Shown piece by piece: positions 1 to 12,405 of a stretch of DNA of 64,000 nt (its first letter is position 1; every line of letters starts with the position of its first letter). The stretch lies in NCBI RefSeq assembly GCF_006345805.1, contig NC_043025.1, forward strand, positions 15,128,001-15,192,000. The letters run 5' to 3'. The position numbers and the translations under genes are program-made. Origin of the DNA: Octopus sinensis. Lineage: Eukaryota. The notes beneath the pieces were generated by a model that ran no database searches, was not told where the DNA came from, and saw only the letters and a program-made list of their open reading frames with translations.

Positions 1-305
1 TTTGTTGTATTTTTTCTTCAATTTCTGCAATTTCAACCAATCAATGACGTCTATTGAGGTAAAAAAAAAAAACATTCTGTGCCGTATGAATATGTCCCTC
101 GTTTAAGAAACAGATTGGGTTTATTTACATTTCTGAAGAAAAAAGATACCCTTCCCCCCACCCCTAACCCTAACCCTAACCAACCCTAACTCTAACCCTA
201 ACCCTAAAACATTGAAATGCAATAGATTGATACTAGGGTCATAATTATGGGTGACAATTTCATATGACACGCTAGAAAAAACTGCCGGTCAAACCGAAAA
301 GATCC
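1..305. mobile_element. GG-terminal MITE (Merlin-like family M), cut by window edge, with internal (CCCTAA)n
   Basis: Ends in AAAAACTGCCGGTCAAACCGAAAAGATCC TIR; same sequence as six other copies in the window. Confidence 0.85.
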
Positions 306-774
306 CACATCCCCACCCCCCGGGTATTTTGTGATTTAGAGAAGACTTTTGAAAAACAAGGAGGAATTCATGGCAGTGTTCAGTGAACAAATTAAACACC
401 CTACCCGGCAGTGGCTAAAACACAAGCTGATTGAGTTTATGTATAAATTTTCTTTTTATATGTTTGTTTTCTTTTGCACAATATTAAAACAATGGCTGAA
501 AATTTTCTGAAGCAGCACCACCCCACTAATTTTATCTACGAGCCAACACTGACATGTCACTTGCTACAACAGCCCCCCTCCCCCCTCATGGAATTCATTT
601 CTCACCCAGGCTACAGTTATACTGATTTTCAAGAGGAAATCTGATGTCCAGGATCCGATAACAACTAAGATCTCGACGAGGATTGGCACAAATGAATTGC
701 AGCCGGATCAGACGCCTGTTCCGTAATGGTTAAATAATTTCTACCTCTTTCCATCAGATCTGATTGTGAGAGTA

Positions 775-1137
775 TCTCTACATATATAAACGGCAAAATG
801 TCTGTGTGTGTGTCCTTTATAGAAATCCACAATTTTTCTGTTAGAAGGCTCACACTTTCTATGGTCATTCAAAACCGTCCAAGGGTGGTCGTACACATCT
901 TTACATTTTCCCAGTCACCCACGCAAAGTCATTAAAAAATCAATAGCAGTGACTTTTCGTGAATTTTGTATCCAAAACCCCATCAAAATGCCTGAAACTT
1001 GATACGCCAATTGAATGCCAGCTAGCTGTATGTGACTAGTCAGAGATTTGGACAGTACTCGCGTGTATGTGCGCACAACACAGCTGTATATGCATGCACT
1101 AGCACTGTGACCCGGCGTTGCCGGGTCATAGTGCTAG
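775..1137 (+). mobile_element. Non-autonomous Helitron (family H1)
   Basis: A|TC start, 3' hairpin TGACCCGGCGTTGCCGGGTCA then CTAG|T; sister copy at 41522-41889. Confidence 0.85.
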
Positions 1138-1520
1138 TAGATATATAATTTATTTTCTAGTGATAAAAGTTTCACTATAGGACACATCGAAGTGTTCAGT
1201 ATATTTGAGCCATAGGAAAACGGGAAAAATTATGATGAGAGACAAAAGAGAGGTTACTAAGATATATTCTGTCGTAAAATTATTTTGTGCACAAAATCAT
1301 AAACTAAAAATGTATAGATATATAAATATATGAATACACTTAAAACTATATTAAAAATACATTAAAAATATATAGATATTAACACAAAAATATGCTAAGA
1401 ATATATAAAGAACATACAATATATAATCCTACTTACAATAAAGACAGTATTAAAATTATATACACAGAATGGGTGGAGTGTAGAAAATATTGAAATTCAT
1501 ATAGAGGTTTATAATCTGTT

Positions 1521-1619
1521 AAAACCCGACGGCCGTTTCTGGAGGCATAGTGGTGCAAAGATGTAACAGAATTTAAGTTTTATTAATTTAATGTCACCGC
1601 CTCCTTCATCGGGAAGTTT
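1521..1619 (-). ncRNA. Type I hammerhead ribozyme, U4C core, palindromic stem III
   Basis: Minus strand reads AAACUUC CCGAUGA A GGAGGC..GCCUCC A GAAA CGGCCG UC GGGUUUU. Confidence 0.75.
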
Positions 1620-1690
1620 CCAACTGGTCAGGCTACATTTGTTATGCGCTGTGGTGGAATTCGATGCCGACAACCTCTATAAAGAGGTAT

Positions 1691-1908
1691 ACTCTTTTAC
1701 TTGTTTCAGTCATTTGACTGCGGCCATGCTGGAGCACCGCCTTTAGTCGAGCAAGTCGACCCTGAAACTTATTCTTTGTAAGCCCAGTACTTATTCTATC
1801 GGTCTCTTTTGCCGAACACCGCTAAGTGACGGGGACGTAAAGACACCAGCATCGGTTGTCAAGCAATGATAGGGGGACAAACACACACAAACACACACAT
1901 ACACATAC

Positions 1909-1960
<52 letters not shown>

Positions 1961-2125
1961 TACAACAGGCTTCTTTCAGTTTCCGTCTACCAAATCCACT
2001 CACAAGGCTTGGTCGGCCCGGGGCTATAGCAGAAGACACTTGCTCAAGATGCCACGCAGTGGGACTGAACCCGGAACCATGTGGTTGGTAAGCAAGCTAC
2101 TTACCACACAGCCACTCCTGCGCCT
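1691..2125 (-). mobile_element. tRNA-derived SINE family A
   Basis: Head GGAGTGGCTGTGTGGTAAG (A box) and GGTTCAGTCC (B box); multiple copies in window. Confidence 0.85.
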
Positions 2126-2299
2126 ATGCTTATTATTATGGTGGGTGGGTGTTAGGTATGTATTTTTTTTTTTATACAGTAGTAGGAGGGGGGAATATAC
2201 AACGATTGAGATGAAGCTATTAATAATAGTAGAAGTGGAGGGTTGGATGAGAAGACATAAACCAAGCTTTTATATTTCAGATTTGATGGAATAATGATT

Positions 2300-3700
2300 T
2301 ATCGGGTAGTCAGGAAGAGTTAACCAAATGTCTAAGGGTGGGATAATACCTGTGTCTACAAGAGAAGATGACATCTGAAAACCTATTTAGCATTGAAGAA
2401 TTTTGCATATGCAGAATGGTTAAGGATTCCCTAGAACAAAGATTATATTTATGTATATATGAATTGTAAGCGGGTGCTTCAGTTACTATTGACAAAGATA
2501 GTTTGTTCTGTATATTTTGCACTTTGAGATTATGGGTATGTGTAGCTAAAGAAGCAGGAAACTTGGATTTTAGGGTTAATAAAGGAATTAATATATGTAT
2601 GACATCCACACTTAAAGTCTGCTGTGCTCCTAATATACATCATTGCTTAGTGGTTGTGGGGTGTCAACACTGCATTTATATATCACATTTTTGCTTATGC
2701 AAAAACCTTCAAGAGGGCATAAATTCGATGCACGATAATTGCAGGATTTTTTTTATTTGTATGATAGTTAAAGCGTCGCCCTAGTGAGGTTAACATGTCA
2801 CTGTTTAAAACATAACGTTAAAGTCTGGTCATAGGATGACCAATGGTTTCATATCCACGAAAGCTACAGCCTTGTGGACAGCTTATCAAACTCTATACAA
2901 AGGTAAATTTAACTTTTCACCTCGTGTTGGCAGAGAAACACTTGGACAAAATGTTCAAACAGGAAAAAAAGTTATTGAGAATGGATTATCTTCCCTGGAC
3001 TAGAAGATAATTAGAAGCTAGGATCTATTTCTTATCAGCTTAAACAGCAACTAGGCATCACTTGAACACATTTTGAGAAAATTTCTTTACGATTATTTAA
3101 CGCGCCAGGCTTAGCATCATTTTTTTTAGGATGTTAGTTTGCTCTGCAATGCAGAGTTTGCAGAGTCCACTCCCCTTAATATATGGGCCTGATGATATTC
3201 CATCTGGGTATCATATGGGGTTCCTTGATCTTTGAGGTCCCACACATGGCCGGCCAGGGACATTACAAAACGTCTTTCTGGGACTCTGAAGGATGACCGG
3301 TGGTTGTAGAAGCGTCACTTGAAAGCTGTGCTGGTTGATCCAATATATTTACAGGGAGGGGTGCTGACTATATTCGCATTCCTGGTATGTCTCTGCTAAC
3401 CTCTGGGCCTGTTGCTGATGTCACCGGTGTACCGGTGTTGATGTTGTCATTATGGCGCATTGGTCTAGTGGTGCTGGCACGTCTGTCCTTGCTGCAGTGA
3501 TTATCGCCGTGGTTGTCATCTCTGGTCATATGGTAGGTGCTGATGCTGCTGGCGGGTGTAGGGTCAGTTACGTCCTCAGTGTCGATGGAAACGGTCTCTG
3601 ACTTTATGCTTTAATATTTTTCTTTAGGGAGTGCTTTTTATTCTGATATATGTTATATTGACAATGTGTGAGTGGGGGGTTATGCATCTGCGGCCTTTTG
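2300..3700 (-). mobile_element. Degraded Penelope-like element (GIY-YIG C-terminus plus pLTR)
   Basis: Minus translation KYIGSTSTAFK*RFYNHRSSFRVP..SLAGHVWDLKDQG and GSGLCKLCIAEQTNILK; hammerhead downstream. Confidence 0.75.
2830..2898 (-). ncRNA. Type I hammerhead ribozyme, U3-A8 core variant
   Basis: GUAUAGAGU UUGAUAA GC UGUCCAC..GUGGAUA U GAAA CCAUUGG UC AUCCUAUG. Confidence 0.7.
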
Positions 3701-3719
3701 AGTTTGGTGAGCTGCCTCA

Positions 3720-4500
3720 AATCAAAAACTTTTCAATGCCATGGCCCACTATTACAACCAGGCCTTGGCATCCAGTGGGTTTAAGGACCACATCTCCTTA
3801 ACAGCAATATCGCCAGACCCATCACCTGTAATAACAGCACCGGCGGTAGCTCCAACGACAGCAGCAACAACAATTTCACACCTATGGCTAACAGAGGAAA
3901 CACCAGGGGCAAGTACACAACCAGCCCTCAGGTTCGGAGAGATATTGGCTCGGCTGGAACTACCTTTAAGCGGCGCCTGTAAAACCACAGGTCTTCTTTT
4001 ACGGTCCTGGAAAAACGTCACAGCACGTCCATGGCCAACCACATTTGGGACCTTAAGAATAAAGAAGCTCCAAACGAAATGGAAGATAATAGAACATCTG
4101 GGATCCTATATAAACGGGAACGGATGGGGCAAACTTTGCATAGCAGAGCGGGCAAGAATCCTTAAAGACTCAATTGACCCGGAAATTCTCTTAAATTTAA
4201 GCACCTGCTCACATTTCAAGTACTACGTTTGTCGATTATGGCTATACAGAACATTTGCGGACTGGAACCAACCTAGGGACAGAGGTTCTCGATTCGTTCT
4301 GTAAGTGCATAAGATTTGCTGTTTTAACGGGTTTAAGGGTGATAACCTGCCCCATTTAAAGCTCAGGCATTCTTTTGTTTACAAATTAACTTACCGTAAC
4401 GGCTTTCTTACCTCCAGTTCGAAGAGAAGCTAAATGCCATTGGAGTCTTTAAAGGTAAACGCTTTAAGGATGCGAAACCATTGGTCATTCTATAACGGAA
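3720..4500 (+). mobile_element. Degraded Penelope-like element (GIY-YIG C-terminus), head-to-head with the 2300-3700 copy
   Basis: IGSAGTTFKRRL*NHRSSF..TSMANHIWDLKNK and WKII..YINGNGWGKLCIAERARILK; hammerhead 3' half (GAAACCAUUGGUC) at about 4474-4486 with 5' core missing. Confidence 0.75.
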
Positions 4501-4567
4501 CATATATTAGCTTCATGCACACTTACATTATATATATAATGTATGTATGAAGCTATATATATATATT

Positions 4568-4885
4568 ATCATCATCGTTCGTTTAACGTCCGTTCTCCAT
4601 GCTAGCATGGGTTGGACGGTTCGACCGGGGTTCTGGGAAGCCAGAAGGCTGCACCAGGCTCCAGTCTAATCTGGCAATGTTTCTACAGCTGGATGCCCTT
4701 CCTAACGCCAACCACTCCGTGAGTGTAGTGGGTGCTTTTTACGTGCCACCTGCACAGGTGTATTTTATGTGCCACCGGCACGGAAGCCAGTCGAGGCGGT
4801 GCTGGCATCGGCCACGAGTCGGATAGTGCTTTTTACGTACCACCAGACCAAGGATCCTGGCTGGTTCAATTCGATTTCGATTGCC
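4568..4885 (-). mobile_element. SINE family B ((ATG)n tail, GGCGTTAGGAAGGGCATCC core, internal ~50-bp repeats)
   Basis: Near-identical to copies at 13263, 24893, 35416, 42305, 43006, 51748 and 59680. Confidence 0.8.
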
Positions 4886-5062
4886 CCAACATGTCTTCAC
4901 AAGCAAAGGGGGTTGGCATATATTATATAATTGAAAAAATTGGAGTCAACAAAAAGGGGTATGGTTGGACAAGCTTATTACTCTATTCTGCTACGTTCTT
5001 AACAGAATATATCGTAACTATATATATATGTGTGTGTGTATATATATATGTGTGTGTGTGTG

Positions 5063-5165
<103 letters not shown>

Positions 5166-5189
5166 TTATATATGTGTGTGTGTGTATAT

Positions 5190-5600
5190 ATATTAGAAGA
5201 AATGAGGTACTCAGAAAATCAGATGGTTTTATATTTACAGATATTTCTTTGTATATTACATGTTTTATACATCATATAACTTAGATCATGTATTAGCGCT
5301 TTCTCCCATTCTAGTGGGGTTTTCAAATCAAACTAAGTTCCTGTGTGAAAAGTTTTGACCATTTTATAGTGGTATTGAGTTTGTAGTGGTGGGGAGGAAT
5401 ATAAGACAGTACAAGAGGGAGATGGATGAGGAGAAAGTGAGGGAGAGAACATGTGTGTATGTGTGTGTGCGCTAATACATGATATAAGTTATATGATATA
5501 TAAAAACATGTAATATACAAATAGATATCTGTAAATATAAAACCATCTGAATTTCTGAGTACCTCATTTCTTCTAATATATAATACCTGTACATCATCTC
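5190..5600. repeat. Fold-back element with ~115-bp inverted arms
   Basis: 5190-5300 is the reverse complement of about 5468-5590. Confidence 0.75.
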
Positions 5601-5871
5601 CAAACCTTCTAATATATACATACATATATATATACATATAAGGTCAGGTCACTTTCGAGTGCTACTGGTAACATGTAACCCTGTACAACCTGTTGCATGG
5701 TCGGGTCGTCGGTGACTAAAGAGGCAACCCCACTGTTGCTTAGTGAGTGGGATTGACTCAGTGGACAGCCTTTCCTCACTTTAAAAAATATCTTCTTGCA
5801 TAGGCATTGCATGATAACAACATTGATTAAGCTTCGTGCAATGGCTATACTAGATAACGAAGGGGCAGCCA

Positions 5872-5912
<41 letters not shown>

Positions 5913-5915
<3 letters not shown>

Positions 5916-7537
5916 TTGCGGCCAAAATGCTCAGAACGGCATTGTTTTCGCCAGAAAAGTAGGTATAAGTTTTTATCAAAGTTGTTTTATATTCTATAAT
6001 TTTCACACACAATAAATACGATATTAATTGTTATTGTCTGAGATTTTGGTGTAATTTGAGAGGATAATACAAAAGTTATGGATGATTTTGTGATTTACTG
6101 CAAAACCCATGGCGGCCAAAATGATCAGAACGGTTGAAAAAAATAACAAAATAATCAAAAATGACAGAGAATACTGGAATCATTTAATATTTAGTGTGAA
6201 GCCATTTAGCTTCAATCACACTCTGACATCTTCGACTGCATGAGGAAATTAAATTTTCAATTTCTTGCTGGGTGATCTTATTCCATTCTTCCTGAAGTGC
6301 ATTCCATAATTGCTCAGTTGTTTTAGGATTTCTGGCTTTCGAACGTTCTCCTAGAATATTCCACACATTTTCAATAGGATTGAGGTCTGGGCTTTGAGCA
6401 GGCCAATCCATAATAACCTTTTCAGCCTTGAGGAAGTTCATGACCACCTTAGCCTTGTGACATGGGGCATTGTCCTGCATGAATATGGGTGGTCGCTTAG
6501 TTGAATTTCTCAGCACAGGCAAGACATGATCTTTTACAAGTTGTTTATAAACTCCTGCATTTACCTTTCCATGTAATTGCACCAAAGGGCCCACACCATC
6601 TCCAGATATCATCCCCCAAACTATGACACTTCCTCCACCGAATTTAACACTAATCTTAAGGCATTTAGGCGACAATTTTTCACCTACTTTTCAACGAACG
6701 TACCTTTTCCCATCTGAGCCAAATAACATAAACTTAGATTCATCACGGAAATACACCGTTTGCCATTTTTCTTGAGACCACAACACATATTCGGTTGCAA
6801 AGGTAAGACAACACTTTTTATTCTTAGAGCTGATCAGTGGCTTCACTGCAGGTGCTCTTGCTTGTAGGTCATGTTCAACTAAACGATGAGACACAGTTTT
6901 TCGAGATAAAGTTTTCTTCAATACAATGCTCACTTCCCGAGAAACAGCAGCAGCAGTTTTAAATCTGTCCTTTTTAACCAACTTTACCATAGCACGATCT
7001 TCTGTCTTGGTCGTTTTTTCTTGGCCTACCTGTAGACTTTCTTGCTTCACACGAACCACAATCATCGAAGACCTTAAGAATACCGTGTACAACACTTTTT
7101 GACTTGTTAACAATCTTTGCAATAGACCCAATACTTAAATTATCCTTCTTTCGAAGCTTAATAATCTTCTGACGAATTGGTAACGGAGTAAGTGGCATTA
7201 TATTAACAAAGTACACTGCAGATATTCTTACTAATGTTTAGTAAATGAACCGTCAGGTAAACAAATTCAAAACATTAGAGATCGCCGGTTAAATATACTA
7301 AAACACGGAGTAAAAGCAACCGTTTTGATCATTTTGGCCGCCATGGGTTTTGCAGTAAATCACTAAATCATCCATAACTTTTGTAGTATCCTCTCAAATT
7401 ATACCAAACTCTCAGACAATAACAATTAATATCGTATTTATTGTGTGTGAAAATTATAGAATATAAAACAACTTTGATAAAAACTTATACCTACTTTTCT
7501 GGCGAAAACAATGCCGTTCTGAACATTTTGGCCGCAA

Positions 7538-7540
<3 letters not shown>
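5913..7540 (-). mobile_element. Full-length Tc1 element of IR/DR type inserted in (TA)n
   Basis: ~225-bp TIRs starting CAGTTGCGGCCAAAATG, each with two GGCCAAAATGNTCAGAACGG direct repeats; TA flanks. Confidence 0.95.
6184..7216 (-). pseudogene. Frameshifted Tc1 transposase
   Basis: Three ORF pieces with STGRPRK, FRDESKF, GGSVIVWG, FMQDNAPCH and SPDLNPIENVW motifs. Confidence 0.92.
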
Positions 7541-7636
<96 letters not shown>

Positions 7637-7640
7637 CATA

Positions 7641-7745
<105 letters not shown>

Positions 7746-7794
7746 CCAACCCATGCTAGCATGGAAAGCGGACGTTAAATGATGATGATGATAC

Positions 7795-7842
<48 letters not shown>

Positions 7843-7879
7843 ATATATGTGTGTGTGTGTGTGTATAGACAGATAGATA

Positions 7880-8110
7880 GATAGATATATGGATAGTTCA
7901 AATTTAGAGAAAACACAAGGCGAAGGCAGGTGAGGGAATAACAAACAGATGTATTAATTTGAGGCTCGGGAAGAATGGAAAATCTTTGCCATTTCGAGCC
8001 CACGTTCTTCGACAGAAAGGATTGAAAGGAGGGAAATGGAAAGAAAGCGGAGGGAGACAAAAGTGTGTAGGGGTTAACGGTTCGGCATGAGGAAAAAATA
8101 TATATACATA
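7880..8110 (-). mobile_element. Probable solo PLE pLTR with decayed hammerhead-like motif
   Basis: Minus UCUUU? CUGUCGA A GAAC GUGG GCUC GAAA UGGC AAAGA at about 7983-8020. Confidence 0.45.
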
Positions 8111-8485
8111 CATACGTGTGTGTGTGTGTAATGTATGGTGGATTCTCCTGTGGCAGATGACAAATGCAGAATTAGTAATTTCTTGCCGAACAACCTGTTT
8201 TGATCAAATGTTTGTGTTGTCGGTGAGACTCAGCGTGATATTGAAAGGGACAAGCCTCACCCCTCTTCGATTGCAAGTAAAACTCATTGTTGCCAGCTGA
8301 GGGGACCGGAGCAACGTGGATTAAAAAGTCTTGCTCAAGGACGCAACGCACAGATCCGTATCGACCTCATGACCTTGCAACTGTGAACTGAATGCCGCAA
8401 CCGAAGGAGAACATCTCTAAAGAACTGGTGGCGATCACCATCAACAAACCCTTAAAGGTGGAACTGGGCATGTAGTAGGAGATTC

Positions 8486-8875
8486 GGCAGTTTTTTCTAG
8501 CAATGTCATATGAAATTGTCACCCATAATTATGACCCTAGTATCGATCTATTGCATTTCAATCTGTTTTAGGGTTAGGGGTGGGGGAAGGGTATCTTTTT
8601 TCTTCACAAATGTAAATAAATCCAATCTGTTTCTTAAACGAGGGACATATTCATACGGCACAGAATGTTTTTTACCTCAATAGACGTCATTGATTGGCTG
8701 AAATTGCAGAAATTGAAGAAAAAACTAACAAATATCTTATAAACTATAGAATTTTCTCAATAAAGCCAAGAGAAAAAGATGTTTTATAAACACATTCTAC
8801 CAGAATACGAAGTTTAAAAGTGTTTAGTTACGTGGAAATTATTTTTAAAAACTTCCGTTCAAACGGAAAAGATCC
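8486..8875. mobile_element. MITE family M copy, left TIR partly deleted
   Basis: 8-bp TSD GGAGATTC at 8478-8485 and 8876-8883. Confidence 0.9.
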
Positions 8876-8879
8876 GGAG

Positions 8880-9120
8880 ATTCGCTTCCCAACTCCATGG
8901 TTTCGAGTTCAGTCCCACCTTGGGTAAGTGTCTGCTACTCTAATCCTGGGTCAATCAAAGCCTTGTGAACTGATTTGGTATACGGGGACAGAAAGAAGTC
9001 TGTTTTACACACATACACACACATACATACAAAGAGGCAAACAGACAGACAACCTTCAAGGCAGTGCCCCAGCTTGGCCGCAGTCCAGTGACTGAAGCAA
9101 ATAAAAATAAACACAAACCA
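8880..9120 (+). mobile_element. SINE family A, partial
   Basis: B box GGTTTCGAGTTCAGTCC followed by family A core. Confidence 0.65.
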
Positions 9121-9604
9121 CGGCCTCATTCCATAAACATTGGTTCAAGGGAGGCTATGTATAAAGGGGGATAATTCTTCCTAAAACATTCTCTTAACGT
9201 TTATTCCAGTTCTTGAGCTGCGACCATACTGCAGCACCGTCTTGAAAATCGACCCCATAGCATTTTTTTTCTTAGAGTTTGACACTTATTGAATCTCTCG
9301 CACTTTGACTGAACTGCTAAGTGGACGTAAACAAACAAACACCAGTCGTCAAGCGGTTTGTAAGACGAACACACGCACACGTGGTAAAAAGGTTTATTTC
9401 CACAGCTTGGGATCTTGGACTCAGTCCCCACACTGCTGCAGCTTGGGCAAGTGTCTCCTTCTATGGACCCAGGCAAACCAAAAACTTCGAAATGGAGTTG
9501 GTAAATGGAAATTGAAGGAAGCCCAACACGTGGTGTGTATGTATGTATGCATGTATGTATGTTGTATTAGGTGTATGTGATACATAATGTATATACATAT
9601 ACAT

Positions 9605-9642
<38 letters not shown>

Positions 9643-9689
9643 CATTTGTAGAAATATGTAAATGCTGAGGAGAAGTGCATCCTAAGATG

Positions 9690-10510
9690 TAGAACAGTTA
9701 ATGTTACAGTGGGGTTGACTGGTTTATGGGGTTGTCCTGGATTTCTCACTCATAAGGGGTTTAGCCTTATGGTGTATCTTCAGACCCAAAACACTGATGG
9801 AGGAGGAAAAACCTTGTTTTTAAGGATAAAACCATCGGTGGTCATCTCTGTCCATTGATCTTCAGCCACACTACCGTCTTGCGGTCACCAAAGCACCATG
9901 AAGGTACACAATTGTCTCCCTTCGGCCTTGGCTCTTGATTCCAGGTTGTGGTGCCACGTTGCAGATTCCAAAAATGTAAGCAGGAATTTTCTGAAATGCG
10001 AGGTTCAAAAATCTCTGTTCAGGATTCCCCCTGGCACAAGTGAGTCTTTAAGGATCCTCATGCATTCAGCAATGTATAACCTGCATCGATTCATCCTGTT
10101 GGTGTAGGGCCCTGGGTCCTTCAACATTTTCCATTCAATCGAGCATGGAATCTCTTCGTCTTGTAATTTACCAGAAAATGTAAATGAGTGCCATTGCCTA
10201 ATTTTTTGGACTGATTTTGTAAATTTCTAATTTAATCTCTTCATCTTGAAATTACCAGGTGTGGCTGGTCAGCAATATCAGCTACCCCCTGTCTGGGACT
10301 CTGAAAGGGGACAGATGATTGGAAATATCCTGTTTGAGAGAGTTCCCAGTGCACCCCACGTATTTCTGTGGGCACATGATGTTGTTGCTGCTGTTGGTGA
10401 TGTTGCTGCTACCGTTGCTGCTGATGCTGCCAGTGGTGTTGTCCCTGCTGGGGTTGGGGGTGCTGGTGTTTCTGGGAATGGTGTTGGTGCCGGTCATATT
10501 CACGTCCCTG
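9690..10510 (-). mobile_element. Degraded Penelope-like element (GIY-YIG plus pLTR)
   Basis: KYVGCTGNSLKQ..NHLSPFRVP and IEWKMLKDPGPYTNRMNRCRLYIAECMRILKD. Confidence 0.75.
9727..9789 (-). ncRNA. Decayed hammerhead (sister of 13033-13095); cleavage triplet mutated to ACA
   Basis: GGGU CUGAAGA..AUAAGG CUAAACC CCUUAU..GAAA UCCAGGA CA ACCC. Confidence 0.6.
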
Positions 10511-11017
10511 GGGCGGCGAGCTGGCAGAAATGTTAGCACTCTGGGCGAAATGCGTAGCCGTATTTCATCGGTCGTTACGTTCTGAGTTCAAATTCCGCCG
10601 AGGTCGACTTTGCCTCTCATCCTTTCGAGGTTGATTAAATAAGTACCAGTTATGCACTGGAGTCAATATAATCGACTTAATCCCTTCGTCTGTCCTTGTT
10701 TGTCCCCTCTGTGTTCAGCCCCTTGTGGGTGGTAAAGAAATAGGTATTTCGTCTGCCGCTACGTTGTGAGTTCAAATTCCACCGAGGTCGACTTTGCCTT
10801 TCATCCTTTCGGGGTCGATTAAATAAGTACCAGTTACGCACTGGAGTCGATATGATCGACTTAATCCTTTTGTCTGTCCTTGTTTGTCCTCTCTGTGTTT
10901 AGCCCCTTGTGGGCAGTAAAGAAATAGGTACGTTCTGAGTTCAAATTCCGCAACTTAATCCATTTGTCTTTGTTTGTCCCCTGTGTTTGTCCCCTTGTGG
11001 GTAGTAAAGAAATAGGT
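10511..11017 (+). mobile_element. tRNA-derived SINE family C, three head-to-tail units
   Basis: GGCGGCGAGCTGGCAGAA head, GAGTTCAAATTCC B box, repeated ...AAAGAAATAGGT ends. Confidence 0.85.
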
Positions 11018-11019
11018 GG

Positions 11020-11410
11020 TGATGGTGGCAGTGTTACTGGTTCTGTTGATGGAACTAGACGCGAAATTTTTTTCCCACAAGAGTTCCGGACCCCAGTTTA
11101 TGAACTCATTTGCATACAGCCAATCAGAGCTTAACGATCAAACTAGGGTCCACCTAGTCACGAAAATACTCTGGTTGTGTTCAGTAGAAAATATACGTCA
11201 CGGCAAAATCTGTTCTAAACAGGTTAATAAGGGTGACAAATGTGAAATTTAGTGCATAACGTGAATGGAGAGCTGCTCCAAGATGAGGCCATAAGTGTTG
11301 CCAATTTGTGTAATTTACTAGAAAAGGTAAATGAGTGGAGTTTCATAATTTTGTGACTGATTTTGTACATTCCCAATTTAAAATGGTGTTGATCTGGAAA
11401 TATCGAAATC
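11020..11410 (-). mobile_element. Degraded PLE endonuclease fragment
   Basis: Weak similarity to the other PLE C-terminal fragments in this window. Confidence 0.4.
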
Positions 11411-11459
11411 AATATGGCATTGTGTCATATTGCGCCCTCCTTGCATTCACTGGTTATAC

Positions 11460-11815
11460 TGTAGTAGTACTTACTTGTACTTGAGGCGACATTCACCCTG
11501 GGTGGGTTGAGTCAGCTTCTTTTACCACCCTCGAGGCATCTCGAACCATGGCAGCCCACGCACGACGGTCCTGCACCAGTTCACTGGAGATAGCGAGCCA
11601 GTCACGGTTCTATTTGCCATTGAGAATTCATGGGAGAAGTTTCGTGGGAATATGTGGATTTCACAAGTGGTCCCCAACAATCCTGCATGTAGAGACATCC
11701 TGTTTGCCGCAGATTGTCTGCAGACGCTGGGACAGAATGACCAAGGAGCTGCCGGTTGCCGAAACAGACACTCCGAGGATTTTCACCAGAGCCCCGTCTG
11801 CCGGGTTGTGGCCCT
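11460..11815 (-). mobile_element. 3' end of an RTE-like LINE
   Basis: RQLLGHS and QDRRAWAAMVRDA motifs, CAAGTA tail. Confidence 0.55.
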
Positions 11816-11934
11816 AATACCACTCGGTGTCAGACCAATCCACCTTGGGTGGCCCTACCAAGAACCGAAGTTCCCGACGGCATAGCTCTGACACTACCCG
11901 TTGCCAGCGTCCCCACCACGGTGAGGAGGAGATG

Positions 11935-12400
11935 GACTTTGGGGGCGCACTGTAGTAGTACACAGCCTGTGGATTATCAAGGTGAGCTCTGGTTGTATGC
12001 AAATGAGGTCATTACTGGGGTCCAGAACTCACGTGGGAAAAGAACTGGACCTGTTGCTTCAATGGCCAGTAGGTTTGGCCCATGGACGTCAGGAGAGCTA
12101 TTTGTGAGGGGCGGGTGATGGTGGTGATGTTGCTGCTGTTGTTGTTAGTGATGCTGCCATCTACAGTGGTGGTGATGGCAATGGTGACTGGCAGGAGACT
12201 GGCTCTATCTTCGTGTCTACGGCCGTTATTGCTTCTGATGGTGTTGAAGGCATGTTGTGTTAGAACCTCGCTTGATATACAACCCCTTTCGTTTTACAGT
12301 GGCCTCCCTACTGGGTAACTGCTTCGGACCCTGCATGAACAAACCACCTCTTGCTGTATCCTAGGGGCTCTAACCAGGATGTTCTTAATGAATTTTAGAA
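11935..12400 (-). mobile_element. Degraded PLE GIY-YIG fragment with low-complexity linker
   Basis: GGHCKTKGVVYQA followed by an (ACC/ATC/AGC)-rich tract. Confidence 0.6.
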
Positions 12401-12405
12401 AATTC

